DNA of 64,000 nucleotides from Podarcis filfolensis. Lineage: Eukaryota. The position numbers were made by a program, and so were the translations under genes. The DNA lies in the NCBI GenBank assembly GCA_964270895.1, contig OZ185442.1. One strand, written 5' to 3'. Shown in pieces: positions 48,140-60,420 of the stretch. The notes beneath the pieces were generated by a model. It was not told the origin of the DNA and did no database searches. It worked only from the letters and a program-made list of their open reading frames with translations. Positions within the stretch are counted from its first letter, which is position 1; the number at the start of each line of letters is the position of its first letter.

Positions 48140-48444
48140 TAATTAGAAATTTCCTAGTCTATCTTGGCTTATGATTGTCTGAATGCAGCTAATGCCAAAC
48201 ATACAAGTGAACAGAAAGCAAAAACTCTATAAACGGTGAAGCTGTCCTGATAAATGGCTCTATGCTCCAACAACCACAGTTTTCCTCAAAATAGTCCTAG
48301 CAAACGTTTCCATGACTGTCAATCATTACCTCCTTCATGAAACTTGGTTTGCACATGCTATTGAGTTCAGCAGGTAGGTACAAAGTGACTGGCTTTTTAT
48401 GTTCAAATAGGGACTGAAAAGAATAAAGGACCAACATCAGATAA

Positions 48445-48595
48445 ATATTAATATTATTGTTTATACCCCACCCATCTGGCTGGGCTTCCCCAGCCACTCT
48501 GGGAGGCTTCCAGCAAAATATAAAAAACAATAAAATGTTAGACATTAAAAACTTTCCTGAACTTCAGATGTTGCCTTCAGATGTTTTCTAAAGTG
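48445..48595 (-). mobile_element. L2 3' tail fragment
   Basis: Reverse complement of GGAAGCC.CCCAGAGTGGCTGGGG...GATGGG.GGGGTATAAA. Confidence 0.78.
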
Positions 48596-49488
48596 TATTT
48601 TGCAACAAAGCAGTTTGTTGGCCTGACGTGGGTCCATTTTTAAAAGGGGTATCAATTCCTAAATAAGATTACAAAGACACTTGGGAACCCCCCCCCCCCC
48701 AATGAACAAGGATTGCTATAGCTGTTATCAATTACTCACCTATGAAGCTCCATACTGTCAAGGAGTTCTGGTGGACTACCTCCTGCCACACAACTCTTTC
48801 TACCCAATGCATTAAGCATCAGTGACCCTGCAACGCATCTCATCACTTTCAGAAGCACAATTAGCTGGGGAACAACAGGGGGTGTTTTCTGCAGTAGTTG
48901 CAGAACTTCTTTCCTAGAGAGGTTTTGATTGGTTTCAGGTGAGCTTCTTAAAGCTTGAATTCTGTTTACATCCTGTTTTTATTGTATGAAAAGTTTTTTC
49001 ACTATCTTTATATGTTTTTACCTTGATATGAACTGCTTTTATTGTCATGTATTTTATTAAGTTTTTGTAATCTGTTTGTTTCTTCTGTAAAAAGCAGAAT
49101 GCAATTTCCCTCCTATAAATAAATAAATAAATAAACGCAAACGTCCCTGGTTTTTGTTTGTTTGGTGATTACGTTATCACTCATTACTGCTGCTGTGGTC
49201 AACTCTGTTTATTTTGTATATATTTAAAGTACAACTGAATTGTCACAGACTGCATTTTTTGCAGTTCATGACATTTCCCCTCAATGTTTACCACTGTCGC
49301 CCATATGTATATTTACATTTCAACTGAAGATAAACTTCATGCATATAATGAAATGAAATCCCATCTACAAAAATGTATGCTTTGGTAAATCCCTAAGTCT
49401 TTTAAGATGCCACAAGCTCCTTAATGATTTCTTTTAGTAAAAACATGACTACCCTTCTGCAATCTTTTTTTGGTTAAGTTTTCATTTA

Positions 49489-49974
49489 CCGTATTTTTCG
49501 CTCTATAGGGCGCACCGGACCATAAGGCAAACCTAGTTTTTTTGGGGGGTTGTCTTGGCTTCCTCTTTAGCCCCGGGGCTGGGGCGGGGGAAGCCCAAGC
49601 TTCCCCCAACCCCAAGAAGGGGTCCGGGAGCAGCGGTGAGGGAAGCCCAAGTTTTCCCCGACCTAAGTCCCCAGAAGGGGTCCGGGAGCAGGGGCGAGGT
49701 TGCGTGCTCCTGGAGCTTGCTGCTATCCGCAAGCCTTCAGAGCCTGGCGGGAACTCCCAAAGGCTTGCGGATATCTGCCCGAAGCCCAGGGTGCACGGTG
49801 CTGCGCTCCCCCGGCTTCGAGCTGCAGGCCGGGCTCCCAAGGCTTGCGGATAGCACCGACCCCTCTCGCTCTCCAGGCTTCAGCGAAAGCCTGCATTCGC
49901 TCCATAGGACGCACATACATTTCCCCTTCATTTTTGGAGGGGGAAAATTGCGTCCTATAGAGCGAAAAATACGG
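49489..49974 (-). mobile_element. Longer (486 bp) sister MITE with the same termini and a GC-rich interior
   Basis: TA TSD; terminal ~90 and ~55 bp match the 260-bp family in reverse orientation. Confidence 0.85.
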
Positions 49975-50033
49975 TAGGTATTCTTCTAGAGTTAAGCAGT
50001 CCTTTACATTACATTAACACAATTGTTTCTGTA

Positions 50034-50216
50034 CAGTGGTACCTCGGGTTAAGAACTTAATTCGTTCAGGAGGTCCGTTCTTAATCTGAAATTGTTCTTA
50101 ACCTGAAGCACCACTTTAGCTAATGGGGCCTCCTGCTGCTGCCACAGGTTAAGAACAGTTTCGGGTTAAGAACAGACCTCCAGAATGAATTAAGTTCTTA
50201 ACCAGAAGTACCACTG
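50034..50216. mobile_element. Tigger/pogo-type MITE
   Basis: TA|CAGTGGTACCTCGGGTTAAG...GTACCACTG|TA. Confidence 0.86.
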
Positions 50217-50555
50217 TACAAAAATAACATTTGCACTTGCCACACTACTCAGAACAAACTCACTGGCTTCCCATGCCCCTTACTGGGGCAGTGAGGTGGG
50301 GGATTCTACCACTTTGTAGGCAATAGCTCATTTGTACTCCGCATGTATCAGTCTCAAGACGTTGCTGTAAAGATACTAATTAGCAACTGGCTGGGGCAGG
50401 AAGAGATTCTCAAGGTCACTTCATCATTTCAGGAACAGTTAGAAAGAGCACATTTCCCTGACTTTCCAAAAGAGCAGGGCAAAGATATCAAGCTTAGTTA
50501 ATGATTGCAAGAAGAGAAACACCAACTCCATCTTTGATTTCAAATATATAGGATA

Positions 50556-50830
50556 ACCACAGAATTGTGGAGTTGGAAGAGACTCAAAGCATCATCTAGC
50601 GTAACCCCCTGCAATGCTAGAATCTCAACTAAAGCACCCAAGACAGATGGCCTTACAACCTCTGCTTAATGAATGAAGGAGGGAGTCTGCTCGACTGTCA
50701 AACAGCTCAGAAAATCCTTCCTGATGTTGAGCTGGACACTCCCTTCTAGTAACTTGAATCCATGGGTTTGGGTCCTAACCTCCAGAGCAGGAGAAAACAA
50801 GCTTGCTCTATCTTCCATGAGACAGCCGTG
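50556..50830 (-). mobile_element. CR1 LINE 3' fragment
   Basis: ORF 50666..50878 contains LFSPALEVRTQTHGFKL...QLNIRKDFL, a CR1 RT C-terminal motif. Further CR1-type tails at about 15848-16045, 43500-43745, 52830-52960, 63330-63450. Confidence 0.75.
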
Positions 50831-51976
50831 GGGGTAGGGTAAGTGAAAACAAGCTACAACAATTATAATGTTGTTCACTGCTCCTGCTCAGGCTGCACAG
50901 AAAAAGCATTTTAGTTCCAGAAATTCATTCCGATTGCGCAGATTAAATATAATTGATAGAATTCTACAGGATGAGGTATTCATGTGTGAAAACAGTCAAG
51001 GTCTAATGATCCCCAGGCATACACCTCCAGATGGTGGAGATATTAGGGGTGCCCAGGCATCTTCACTTGGTCTCAAGTCAGGTGCAAAATGAACCTGGCT
51101 AATTTCAAACACTTGTGCTTTGAATTATAAAATGCTGATAGGTCATACTGGCATCCCTTGCACTTAAAAGATCATACAATTCCACTCCAGCTTCCTTCTG
51201 TTTCTAAAAAAAATCTATTTTATAGAATATGGTCGACTTTAAAGGGTGTTTCCCACACAGCAGTTCTGTTTCTCCAAAGTGACTATCTTCTGTGTGATCA
51301 GAAGCAAAACAGCTAGCTCTCCCCTGCTGCCCCATGTCCTGCAATCCATTTGTTTGCAACCACAAGAGAAAAGCAATCCATTTAAATGTGTGAAAGAGCT
51401 TCTTCACAGTTTGCTTAGCACATCAAAAGTCTTTTTGAGAAGCTGGCAAAAAAGGAAGGCTCTCAGTCGCAAATCATGCAACTGGAAATTTCAATTTGTT
51501 CACTAGGTAGCTGGTGCTGAGTCTCAAAAAACAAAACAAACAAAAAAAACACACGACTGGCAACCAGTTAATTTCGATCACTGTGCTGCAGGTGTAGTTT
51601 TGCACTTTCTCAAGAAGGAAACAAACACGTCACAGGTCCCTGCAGCAGCTCCTTTGCTTCCATATCTCTTGGTCCTACACACACTGTAAGACAGCACTCT
51701 GGGCTTCCAGCTCAAACTCCCCTGCTAAACGCCCCTGTTTACATGTACTACTGTTCATTTTGACTGTGATTCCTGCATTGCAGAGGGGTTGGCCTAGCCC
51801 TAGTTTATCTGTGAGGGTACCTTCCAGGCCTATGATTCTGGAACTGCTGCTGACTGCTAACACCTCCCCCCAAATCACTTGCTCTAGCACACCGCATGGC
51901 CACACTCACAAATGCACAATCAAGCCTCTAAACAGCTCAGACAAGCAAACAGCCCCAATCCAAAAGACACAATATA

Positions 51977-52202
51977 CAGTGGTACCTCAGGTTACATATG
52001 CTTCAGGTTACAGACTCCACTAACCGAGAAATACTGCTTCAGGTTAAGAACTCTGCTTAAGGATGAGAACAGAAATCGTGCTCTGGTGGTGCGGCGGCGG
52101 CGGGAGGCCCCATTAGCTAAAGTGGTGCTTCAGGTTAAGAACAGTTTCAGGTTAAGAACAGACCTCTGGAACGAATTAAGTACTTAACCTGAGGTACCAC
52201 TG
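51977..52202. mobile_element. Tigger/pogo-type MITE
   Basis: TA|CAGTGGTACCTCAGGTTA...TAACCTGAGGTACCACTG|TA. Confidence 0.88.
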
Positions 52203-52558
52203 TACCCTCATGAGGGTTATGGATTCAGAGAGAAAGCAAATACATTTATTCAAATGATATTTGAAAGGATGGGGCAATTCCAGGTAACTGGACTCCTCCT
52301 CCCACTCCTGGGCTGGGCTCTTAGAATTTCAAACCAAACACACCTTTAGGTTGGTGTATTAAAAATTCATATAGGCTACTAAAGAACCAGTAGACACCAA
52401 GCTTCATGGCATATTGTTCCTACGCACATGAGGGGAAGCAGCAAAGTGGGAGCAATTGGGCAGTGAACACTAGAATGCTGCTTGGTCCTAATAAGCCACT
52501 GACCGTCTCTTTTTGTTATTTGTGAACAAGGTCTATGTATTTCAGAACGACCTTAGAC

Positions 52559-52825
52559 CAGACATGTCCAAAGTCCATATCGAGGGCCTAATCCAGCCCA
52601 CCGGTCGGTTTAATCCGGCCCCTGTGGCAGTTTATTTCCTGGGGTAAAATCCTAAAAAAAAAACCTCAACAACTTCAACCCTTAAAAAAAGCTCAACAAC
52701 TTTGGGGTAAAACCACAAAACTCAACAACTTCAATCCTAAAAAAAGGTTAACAACTTTGGTCGGCCCTCATGGCCCTTCACTTCATCAAATCTGGCGCTC
52801 TTTGAAAAAGGTTTGGAGACCACTG
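52559..52825. mobile_element. hAT MITE with internal CTCAACAACTT repeats
   Basis: Imperfect TIRs CAGACATGTCCAAA / TTTGGAGACCACTG; shares CTCAACAACTTTGG with the 45991 element. Confidence 0.7.
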
Positions 52826-53304
52826 CTAGACCATATGCTCTGCTTGCCAAAGGTAGGTTTGGGAAAGACCCTGTGTCTGAAATCTTGAGAGAGCTGTGGC
52901 CAATACTGAGCTAGATGGACCAATCATTTGACTTCATTTAAGACAGCTTCCTATACTCCTATAGTTTGTTGCTGATTGTGATTTGTCAGAGATAAACCAT
53001 GTTCCTAGTTCAGATATGGCAACAAACCAAGGCTTATGGTTTGTTGTCCCCACCAGCCTAAGGAGAGAAGTAGAGCAGGAATGATGAAGCAGTATGCACT
53101 AGCATGCTGCTCAGTCCCGGTAAACCATAGTTTATTGACATCCACATACCCAATGGTAGTATGTACTTATGTCCAACCTCTTTTGCAACTGATTGGCGGT
53201 GGCCGTTCAAAAGCAGTTTGTGAAACAGTGCGAGGACTTGCTGCATAACCAGGGACAGGGGAAGAGCTATGGTTTGACAGTATATAATTCCAATCCTCGC
53301 TCAA

Positions 53305-53750
53305 CTACCCTGGCTGACAATTAGTTTCCTGGCCCAATTCGAAGTGCTAGTTCTGACCTATAAAGCCTTAAATGGCTCAGGACTACAATACCTCAGGGAC
53401 TGCCTCTCCCCACATGAACTGTCACGGAGCCTGTGATCATCATTTGAGGCCCTTCTTCATGTGCCTCCTCCATGAGGGGTTTGGAGGGCAATTTTCCATG
53501 GTGTTTCCTCACTTGTGGACTGCTCTCCCCAGGGAGGCTCACCTGACACCTTTATTACATATATTTAAGTGTCAGCCAAATGCATCTCTCTCGTACCAGG
53601 CATTTGGCTAATTAAAGAATATACGACCTTTTAAACTGAGGGGGTTTGGTATTTTTTGTGCTTGTAACTGTGTTGTGTATTACTGTGTTTTTATATTGTA
53701 AACCAGCCTGTGATCCTCGAAGGAAGGGCATTAATAGAAATTTAATATAA
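53305..53750 (+). mobile_element. Older, degraded L2 3' fragment
   Basis: GCCCAATTCGAAGTGCTAGTTCTGACCTATAAAGCCTTAAATGGC resembles the L2 FKVLVLTYKALNG region. Confidence 0.65.
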
Positions 53751-54883
53751 CAACAACAGTAGCAGCAACAGTCACACACAAATGCTTGGGTGTGTCAATA
53801 TAGCAGCTCTCAGGGTCCGTCTGCTAATATTAATACACATATCCAAAATGATTAATACTGATACCAGGAAATCCTCTAATCCTCTACAATATTTTCTCCT
53901 TTTTGGCTGTGTTCAACCTTTTTGGTTGAACACAGCAGGCATTCCTGTTCTCTGCCAAAAAAGCAGATGTACATACCTATTTCCTTCAGAATTTATCTCC
54001 ACTGGATAAAAATGGAATATTCATTCACATTTTGAATACAAAAAACAACTTCAAAACAGACAGCAGCAGGACATTTCACTTCAGCAGGATTCTATTGTAC
54101 AATAAACTAGTATTGTAGCATAAAGAGTAATAAAAGGCATTCAAGAACTTAAGACCAGTAGTCACTATTCTCAAATGCTCTACATATTTAAAAGAAACAT
54201 GGTATCAGAATAGGGGCATGCCAGAATTACCAGCATCTAGTAAGGTCTCCACAGAGGTACAAGAACACAAGCCCATTTTAGAAACCCAAATTAGATTCTA
54301 AACAGGTGCTTTAATCCTCAGTACATGCAACATTTCCAACTGACTCATAAACAACTCTTTCAATCTGTAGATTTTGCTTTTCCACATAAAAGCATTATCC
54401 TGAGACAGAGCACAACCAATGAAAATTCAAATTATTAAAAATAATTTCAGCACACTGAAGAGGTAAGTAGGTGAAAGAAAAATAAGCTATTTCTGTTGAA
54501 ATCTCACTTAATATTAGAATTAATAGCTATACTCACACATATAACATTTCAAAAGGGGTGACCAGTGTTAGAAACTCAGATATGTAAGCTAATAGCCAAA
54601 TGGCACCTTAAAACTGGCCTATACTCACCACAACCGAATGTGTAGGCACATTTTAATGAAATTTTGTTGTTGTTGTTATTCATTTCTCTTCTATACTGCT
54701 TTATATTTTGAAGGAAAAAATCTCTCGGTCGTTTACAACACAGTAAAACATAAAATAAAGCAATCTGGAATAAAACTTAATTCAAAATATTTCAGATCCT
54801 TCCCTAAGTTACATTGTGCTTTCCCCGTATTTATGTACCTACTTAATCTATATATTTGCCCCATAGAAGAAATACTCCAGAAA

Positions 54884-55088
54884 GCCAGTGTGCTGATGTG
54901 GTTAGAGTGTTAGACTAGGACCTGCAAAATCAGGGTTCAAATCCCCACTCAATCATGAAGCTCAGTGGGTGACCTTGGGCCAGACACAGCCTCTGAACCT
55001 ACCTCAAAGGGTCACTGTAGGGATTAACTGAGGGGAAAAAACCATGTACTCCTTGGAGGAAAAGGTGGGATATAAATGCCGTGAATAA
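54884..55088 (+). mobile_element. tRNA-derived CORE/MIR-related SINE (Squam3-like)
   Basis: A box TGGTTAGAGTG, B box GGTTCAAATCCC, GTGACCTTGGGC core, tail GGGATATAAAT. Weaker copies at about 61170-61353 (+), 60935-61078 (-), 6415-6548 (-). Confidence 0.7.
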
Positions 55089-55553
55089 GCTCTTCTGCTT
55101 ACCTGCTTTAGAAATCTGGAGGGTCAGCCAAATGGAGATGTTAGTCGCCAACCTGGCATCTAGAGATCTCCATGTCCTCACAACTGGACCCACACCAGTC
55201 GCAAAATGCGCTATGGGGATTTCAAACACTGGTGGGTGACAACATCAAACAGGTCCTGCCTTATGCCCTTTCCAAGAATATTCCTATTTATTTCCCCAAG
55301 TCTCCCATCTAAGAAGTAGAGTAAGTTCTGGAGAATTGCACTATTGATATCCACTATGTGTAGTAATTTTTCACTCATACAGAAAAGAGAAATGGAGGCA
55401 CTGTCTCATGCTACATCTCTGTGAGTTTTGTATGTTATGCACCAACTGTACAAGCTATGCTGGTTGCATCAGGTTTATTTAGTCTGCAAAAAGTTTGTGT
55501 AGCAAAATGCAGTCCTGGATAACAGACACCCCTCATGCCCCTGATCTAAAACA

Positions 55554-55591
55554 TGAACTCTCTAAAGTACTTTGAACTCTCTAAAGTACTT
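55554..55591 (+). repeat. Perfect 19-bp tandem duplication TGAACTCTCTAAAGTACTT x2
   Basis: Direct reading. Confidence 0.9.
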
Positions 55592-58583
55592 GTCAATATC
55601 TCGGGAATACTTACAACCAATATTATTATCCTCCTATTACAGACAGGGTGGAGTGAGAGAAAGAGAAAGAAGTTTGCCAAAGGCCACCAGAAGCAACATT
55701 TGAACTGGGGACTTCCTGGTTCACAGTTCAGCCTTCTTGCTATTGATCTAAGTATCTGATGTACTTCTGCACAACTGAAGGCTCTGGCTTTCATGAATAT
55801 AGAAGCAGGTTTTCAAAGAAATGTCCAAATTGCAAGAGGATAGAAAGAGGGGGAGGGCGTTACTGGCTTGTTGGTTTGATCTACGTTCTTGTTGTTATCA
55901 TGTATTTTGTGTTTTTATATTGCAAAGCACCCTGAGACCTATGGGTTAAGGGTGATATAGAAATTTAAGAAATAAATAAATAACCCACTGATTAGAACTC
56001 TCAGCACCTTTACTTGGAAGCAAGTCTGAGCGACTTCTGTTGGTCTTTCTTCTAAGTGATTGTTCTTTTGATATCCGATAGTTGTAGTTGGGTAAATAAA
56101 ACATGCAAAAAGAAGTGGGGAAGCCAGTACTTTTAAGGGTATTAAACACATCTTGGCAACAACACAAATTCTGTTTATACATTGTTCCATGGGCAACACA
56201 GCAAGTTCCTTAGCCCGAAGTTATATTGCTTCCTGCAGGCACACAATTCAATATGACAAATGCACATTACCGTCTATGCATCTTATATTGCATAATTTTA
56301 ATACTGTAAGAATCATCAATGTTTTGGATCAGTTTGTATAAAAACTCCGCTGCTCTGAACAGATTAGCAATGGTATTGAAAATCATAACAGAAAAATACT
56401 TCTTATCGCAGCTGGAGGGGAAATCTAGTCCCACACATTCCTGAATCACCTTTCTCTTCCCTTTCCAAGAGGCCTGTTTTAAAGGGAAGGACCCCCTGGT
56501 TTGGGCAATGAGGCTTGGCAGGATCATTTGGGGGGGGTGGAGCTGGGGGAGAACCTCAACTGCGATATAAAATGGTCACTCTCTGCACTCAAGGCTGCAG
56601 TAACGGGTAAGGCCGGCTGGCAGGGGCCTGCCTCGCAGCAAGCCAGGTGCCCTCTGCCCAGGCTGAGTTTCCTGCCTGAGACTCCTGAAGGGCAGGCACC
56701 CCAACACACACACATGTCTGCTAATCATCTCCCCTCTCACACATACACAAGGGAAAGATCAACTCCAAAGGCCTAGACCCTGGAGTGACACTTACGACAG
56801 CACCAACGTCCTTTCCAGGCCCGGCCAGCCTTTGCTGCAGCCTCGGCCTTGGGGAGGGGAGGAGAGGCCTTCTACCGTCACAGCCCGCTGGTTGCAGTGC
56901 CCGTGTATGCATGCCTTCCCCGGCAATTCTTGCTCCCTCCCTCCCTTTGCCAAAAAATGCTTTCCCGCAAAATCAGGAGGGGTCCTACCAGGTTTGTCCT
57001 TCCCTATTCTCCACCACCACCCCACGGCAATGCCCAAAGCTTGGAAATGCCTTCTGCCTCCCCATGGCAGTGTGAGCAGAAGATCTATCCCAGCTTGCTT
57101 CCCCTCCTCTCCCAAATACTATTATGCGGTATTCTCTCTCCTCAAGCCTCTGCCCAACATGGAGGCCAAGCTGCCTTTCCTGCCCCTGTCACCCTCCACG
57201 AAAGGCATTATGCCACCCCCCCCCCTTCCCAGGGCAATGCCAGTTGCTGCGCCTGGTGACTCCCACCACACACACAACATTGGGCCAGCTGAAGTGGGGA
57301 GGGGGAGGTCCCCCATTTCCTTTCCTGAGGGGATGCGGAACATGGAATCCCTTTTTCTCCTCCCACCCCTAAAATACAATTTCTTCCAGGTCAAAGTCAG
57401 CCATTGAATGATTACATACCCCCCCCCATTCTTAAGATTCCAGGTAACACCTCCCCCTCAATACAATGCAAGGGAAAGTGATGCCACTCACCAAAACCTT
57501 CCCATTCCCCCCCCCCACCTCCAAAGCGGGCAACCTCCATTGCCCCCTCCCCTATGACAAGTGCTCCCTTCAAACAATGCCACCCTTGCCTCTATCTTCG
57601 CATGCCCCCCCAAACCCTGTTATGCAATTATGCAGTTTTTTTTAGAGGAGAACTCGGGAGGAAAAGAGACACTCTTTAGCCATTATTTCTACAACGACCA
57701 GCGGTGGGAAGGGAGGGGAATCTTCTCTTTATTTCAAGGCAACGCGGCCCCTTTACATTTCACCTAGTCTCTCCGCAGCCCCAGCCCCTCTCTCTCCCCA
57801 AATCATCAGTCACAACATTTATTTGCCTTGGGTCCTTTTACGGGAAGAAGGCAGGTTAATCGGAATGGTATCAACGCCGCAATCACAACCATCTAGATAG
57901 GCCTCTCCGCGGCACATAGACCCACACAAAAGGCGGCAATATTCCTCCTTGACAAATATTTGCACAGCATATGCCCCCATGGCTGTTACTGGGTCCGCAC
58001 ACTCCTCTGCCCTCCTCAAGGAGAAACCAGCCAGCAAAGCGCCCGGCAGAGGAATCCCACCCTTTGCCTTTCCCCTTTGCTTACTCCCAAGCAAGCCTGC
58101 GTCCCGCTTCCCTCCCCGAAAGCGAGCGGCCGCAGGATCGCAGCCCTTCCGAGGCCGGCCGGCCGCATCCACCCCACGGCCTCCGAGGAAAGCGCTCCTT
58201 ATTACGATCGCTGTTAATTACGGGCTCATGTGCGGGCATTTATGCACGAGGCCCGGCGCCGAATCTACTGGGGATGAAACGGGGGTGGGGGGAGAGAGGC
58301 CTAAAGCGGAGGACTCCCCCCCCCCAATACACACCCAAAAATAAATATTAGCCGGGACCGGGTTGGTCCCGTCAGGCGCCTTGCCACCCGAGGCCTTCCC
58401 CCCGCCTACCCGCCGCGACCGGGCCTGGCCACCCTATTCCCCCCCCTGCAGCGCCCAGGTAGCCGCGGAGGGCAGCGCGGAAGAGCCCGGCAGGGAAGCA
58501 AGCGAGGCCCGCCCGTCAAAGCCGCTAGGCCTGGCGCCGGGGGAGGCGACCCCCGCCCCGGTCCCTCTCGCCCCTCGGCTCAC

Positions 58584-58924
58584 CTGCCCAGATTCTGCCT
58601 GCCTCCGACGCTTCCTCCAGCCGGGATCCCGCTGGGGCCGGGGCCAGCTCCGCCGCTGCTATTCCCACCTCCGCTACCGAGGGGCTTGCGGCTGCTGCTG
58701 CTGCCGGCCGACTGGGCCGGCCCCTGGGGCGGTGGCGGCAGCGGCGGCGGCGGCGCCGGCTGGCTCGTCGTCGCGGTCGTCGTCGTCGTCGTGGAGGCCG
58801 TCGTCTGCTGCTGAGGCGGCTGCGGGGACGGCGGCTGCAGAGGCGGCGGCGGCGCTCCCACGGCTGCTGCTGTTACGGCGGCGGCGGCGGCGGGCGAAGG
58901 CTGAGGCGATGGCTTGAGGGACAT
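58584..58924 (-). CDS. ATXN2: ATXN2 coding exon 1 (341 nt), MSLKPSPQPSPAAAAA...GGRQNLGR
   Basis: ATG at 58924-58922 (MSLKP, the ataxin-2 start motif). Donor CAG|GTGAG at 58583. Phase 2 fits exon 2. Confidence 0.95.
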
Positions 58925-59078
58925 GGCTGAGCCGAGGGAGGCAGGCGAAAGGAGGGAGAGGGGGAGGGACGGGCGGAGCGCGCGCACGCTCGTCCGTGCT
59001 CGCTGCGGAGGCTCCTTCCGCCCCTCACGACGACGGCGGCGGCGGCGGCTGAGGCCGCCTCCTCAGGAGGTGGGGAGC

Positions 59079-59108
59079 GAGGAGGAGGAGGAGGAGGAGG
59101 AGGAGGAG
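59079..59108 (+). repeat. (GAG)n repeat in the ATXN2 5' region, (CCT)n on the sense strand
   Basis: Direct reading. Confidence 0.95.
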
Positions 59109-60176
59109 ACAAGCCGGCCGGCCCACCGACCCCGCGCTCGGCTGAGGGTGAAGGCCGCCCGCCCGCGCGTGAGGAAAGCGGCAGCACCGGGGAGGCGGCA
59201 GGGCGGGGCCCAGCTCGGCGGTACGTAGTGGGGGTGGGGTGGGGGGGAGAAGCGGCGCCCGCCGGAGGACGACGAGCAGCCGCGGCGGCGACGGAGGGGC
59301 TCGTCTCCCCTCAGGCAAGCAGGCGTCTTTCGCGGACGGAAAGGCCCTGAAGGGGAGAAAGCTCGGGATTAGCCCCCGGGATATTTCCGCCCCCGAAGGG
59401 AAGGGGGTCGTTCGAGGGGGCCCCTGACCACGCGCAGAGTGGCGTTTTCTCCTCTCCTCTCGATTGTCGGAAGGGGAGGAGACGCGCTTAAGAGCCGCTC
59501 GTGGCCCCTCTTCCACGCGCGCACACCCACCCGCGCAACCTCTGCAGCCGTGCTTTTTATTTTTCTAAAAAATTTTTATTACTTTCCCATTTAAACATAT
59601 ATAATCACATCATTATTATCCTCTTTGGCTCTTTAGAGCCTATCGACTTCCTTCCCTCCCACATCTTGGCTTTCAAAACTAACCTTTATATTTAAGCATT
59701 TTATATATTTTCCAGTTCTACGATAACTCTTTACGAAATACCTCAGAATTTAAGTAAATATAGAAAGGTAAAAAAAAAATCATTACAGGTCTTCAGATAA
59801 CCCTACTAGTGTTGTTAATTGCTTACGATGAACTTTCAGATAATGAATAAATTTACTCCAGTCTTTTTGGAATATTTGATCGTGCTGGTTTCGGATTTTT
59901 CCCGTCAGCTTCGCCAGTTCCGCAAAGCCTGTCATTTTCATCTATCACTCTTGCAGCCAGGCTTTTTAACCGCATGTCGCTTACCGTACTCTGTGTGTGC
60001 GTGCACATAAACATAAATTTACACAGACACACAAATATTTATGTACCATTGCATTTGGAATTCTTCCCCTCCTGTTTTACCATTGCAACAGCGTTGCTGC
60101 ACTCCAGCTCCCTTCAGCCCTAACTGTTGGTCATGCTGGCAGGGGGATGATAAGAACAGTGTTGTTGTTTTAATTA

Positions 60177-60420
60177 CTGTATTTTTTGCTCTATAAGACT
60201 CACTTTTTCCCTCCTGAAAAGTAAGGGGAAATGTGTGTGCGTCTTATGGAGCGAATGCAGGCTGCGCAGCTATCCCAGAAGCCAGAACAGCAAGAGGGAT
60301 CGCTGCTTTCGCTGCACAGTGATCCCTCTTGCTGTTCTGGCTTTTGGGATTCAGAATATTTTTTTCTTGTTTTCCTCCAAAAACTATGGTCTGGTGCATC
60401 TTATAGAGCGAAAAATACAG
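60177..60420 (+). mobile_element. Same MITE family, copy 4
   Basis: TA|CTGTATTTTT...AAAAATACAG|TA, small internal deletion. Confidence 0.88.

Larger units (their letters stand above)
1605..58924 (-). other. ATXN2: ATXN2 (ataxin-2) gene body, coding exons 1-23; 3' end continues left of the window
   Basis: 23 exons translate to ataxin-2 in order (MSLKP...RQNLGR, Lsm, LsmAD, PAM2 KSTLNPNAKEFNP, Q/P/H-rich C-terminus). Exon phases are consistent, with AG acceptors and GT donors (one GC). Confidence 0.98.
57850..59560. promoter_or_regulatory. ATXN2: CpG island spanning ATXN2 promoter, 5'UTR and exon 1
   Basis: Very GC- and CpG-rich relative to the flanks. GC box GGGCGGGGCC at about 59201, (GGC)n and (GGA)n runs, G-tract 59229-59247. 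Boundaries approximate; the TSS cannot be determined. Confidence 0.9.

Noticed and set aside
49421-49977. Several overlapping 100-140 aa ORFs
   Set aside because: They arise from the GC-rich MITE interior; no transposase motifs.
50034-52202. Recurrent GGTTAAGAAC / GTTCTTAACC units resembling a spaced repeat array
   Set aside because: Subterminal repeats of Tigger-type MITEs in a eukaryote; no regular spacers, not CRISPR.
56501-58351. Many overlapping ORFs in proximal intron 1
   Set aside because: Expected from stop-poor GC-rich sequence; no recognisable domains or splice consistency.
58363-58917. 184-aa antisense ORF over exon 1
   Set aside because: Starts at TTG and is the low-complexity mirror of the GC-rich exon; no evidence of translation, although antisense transcription cannot be excluded.
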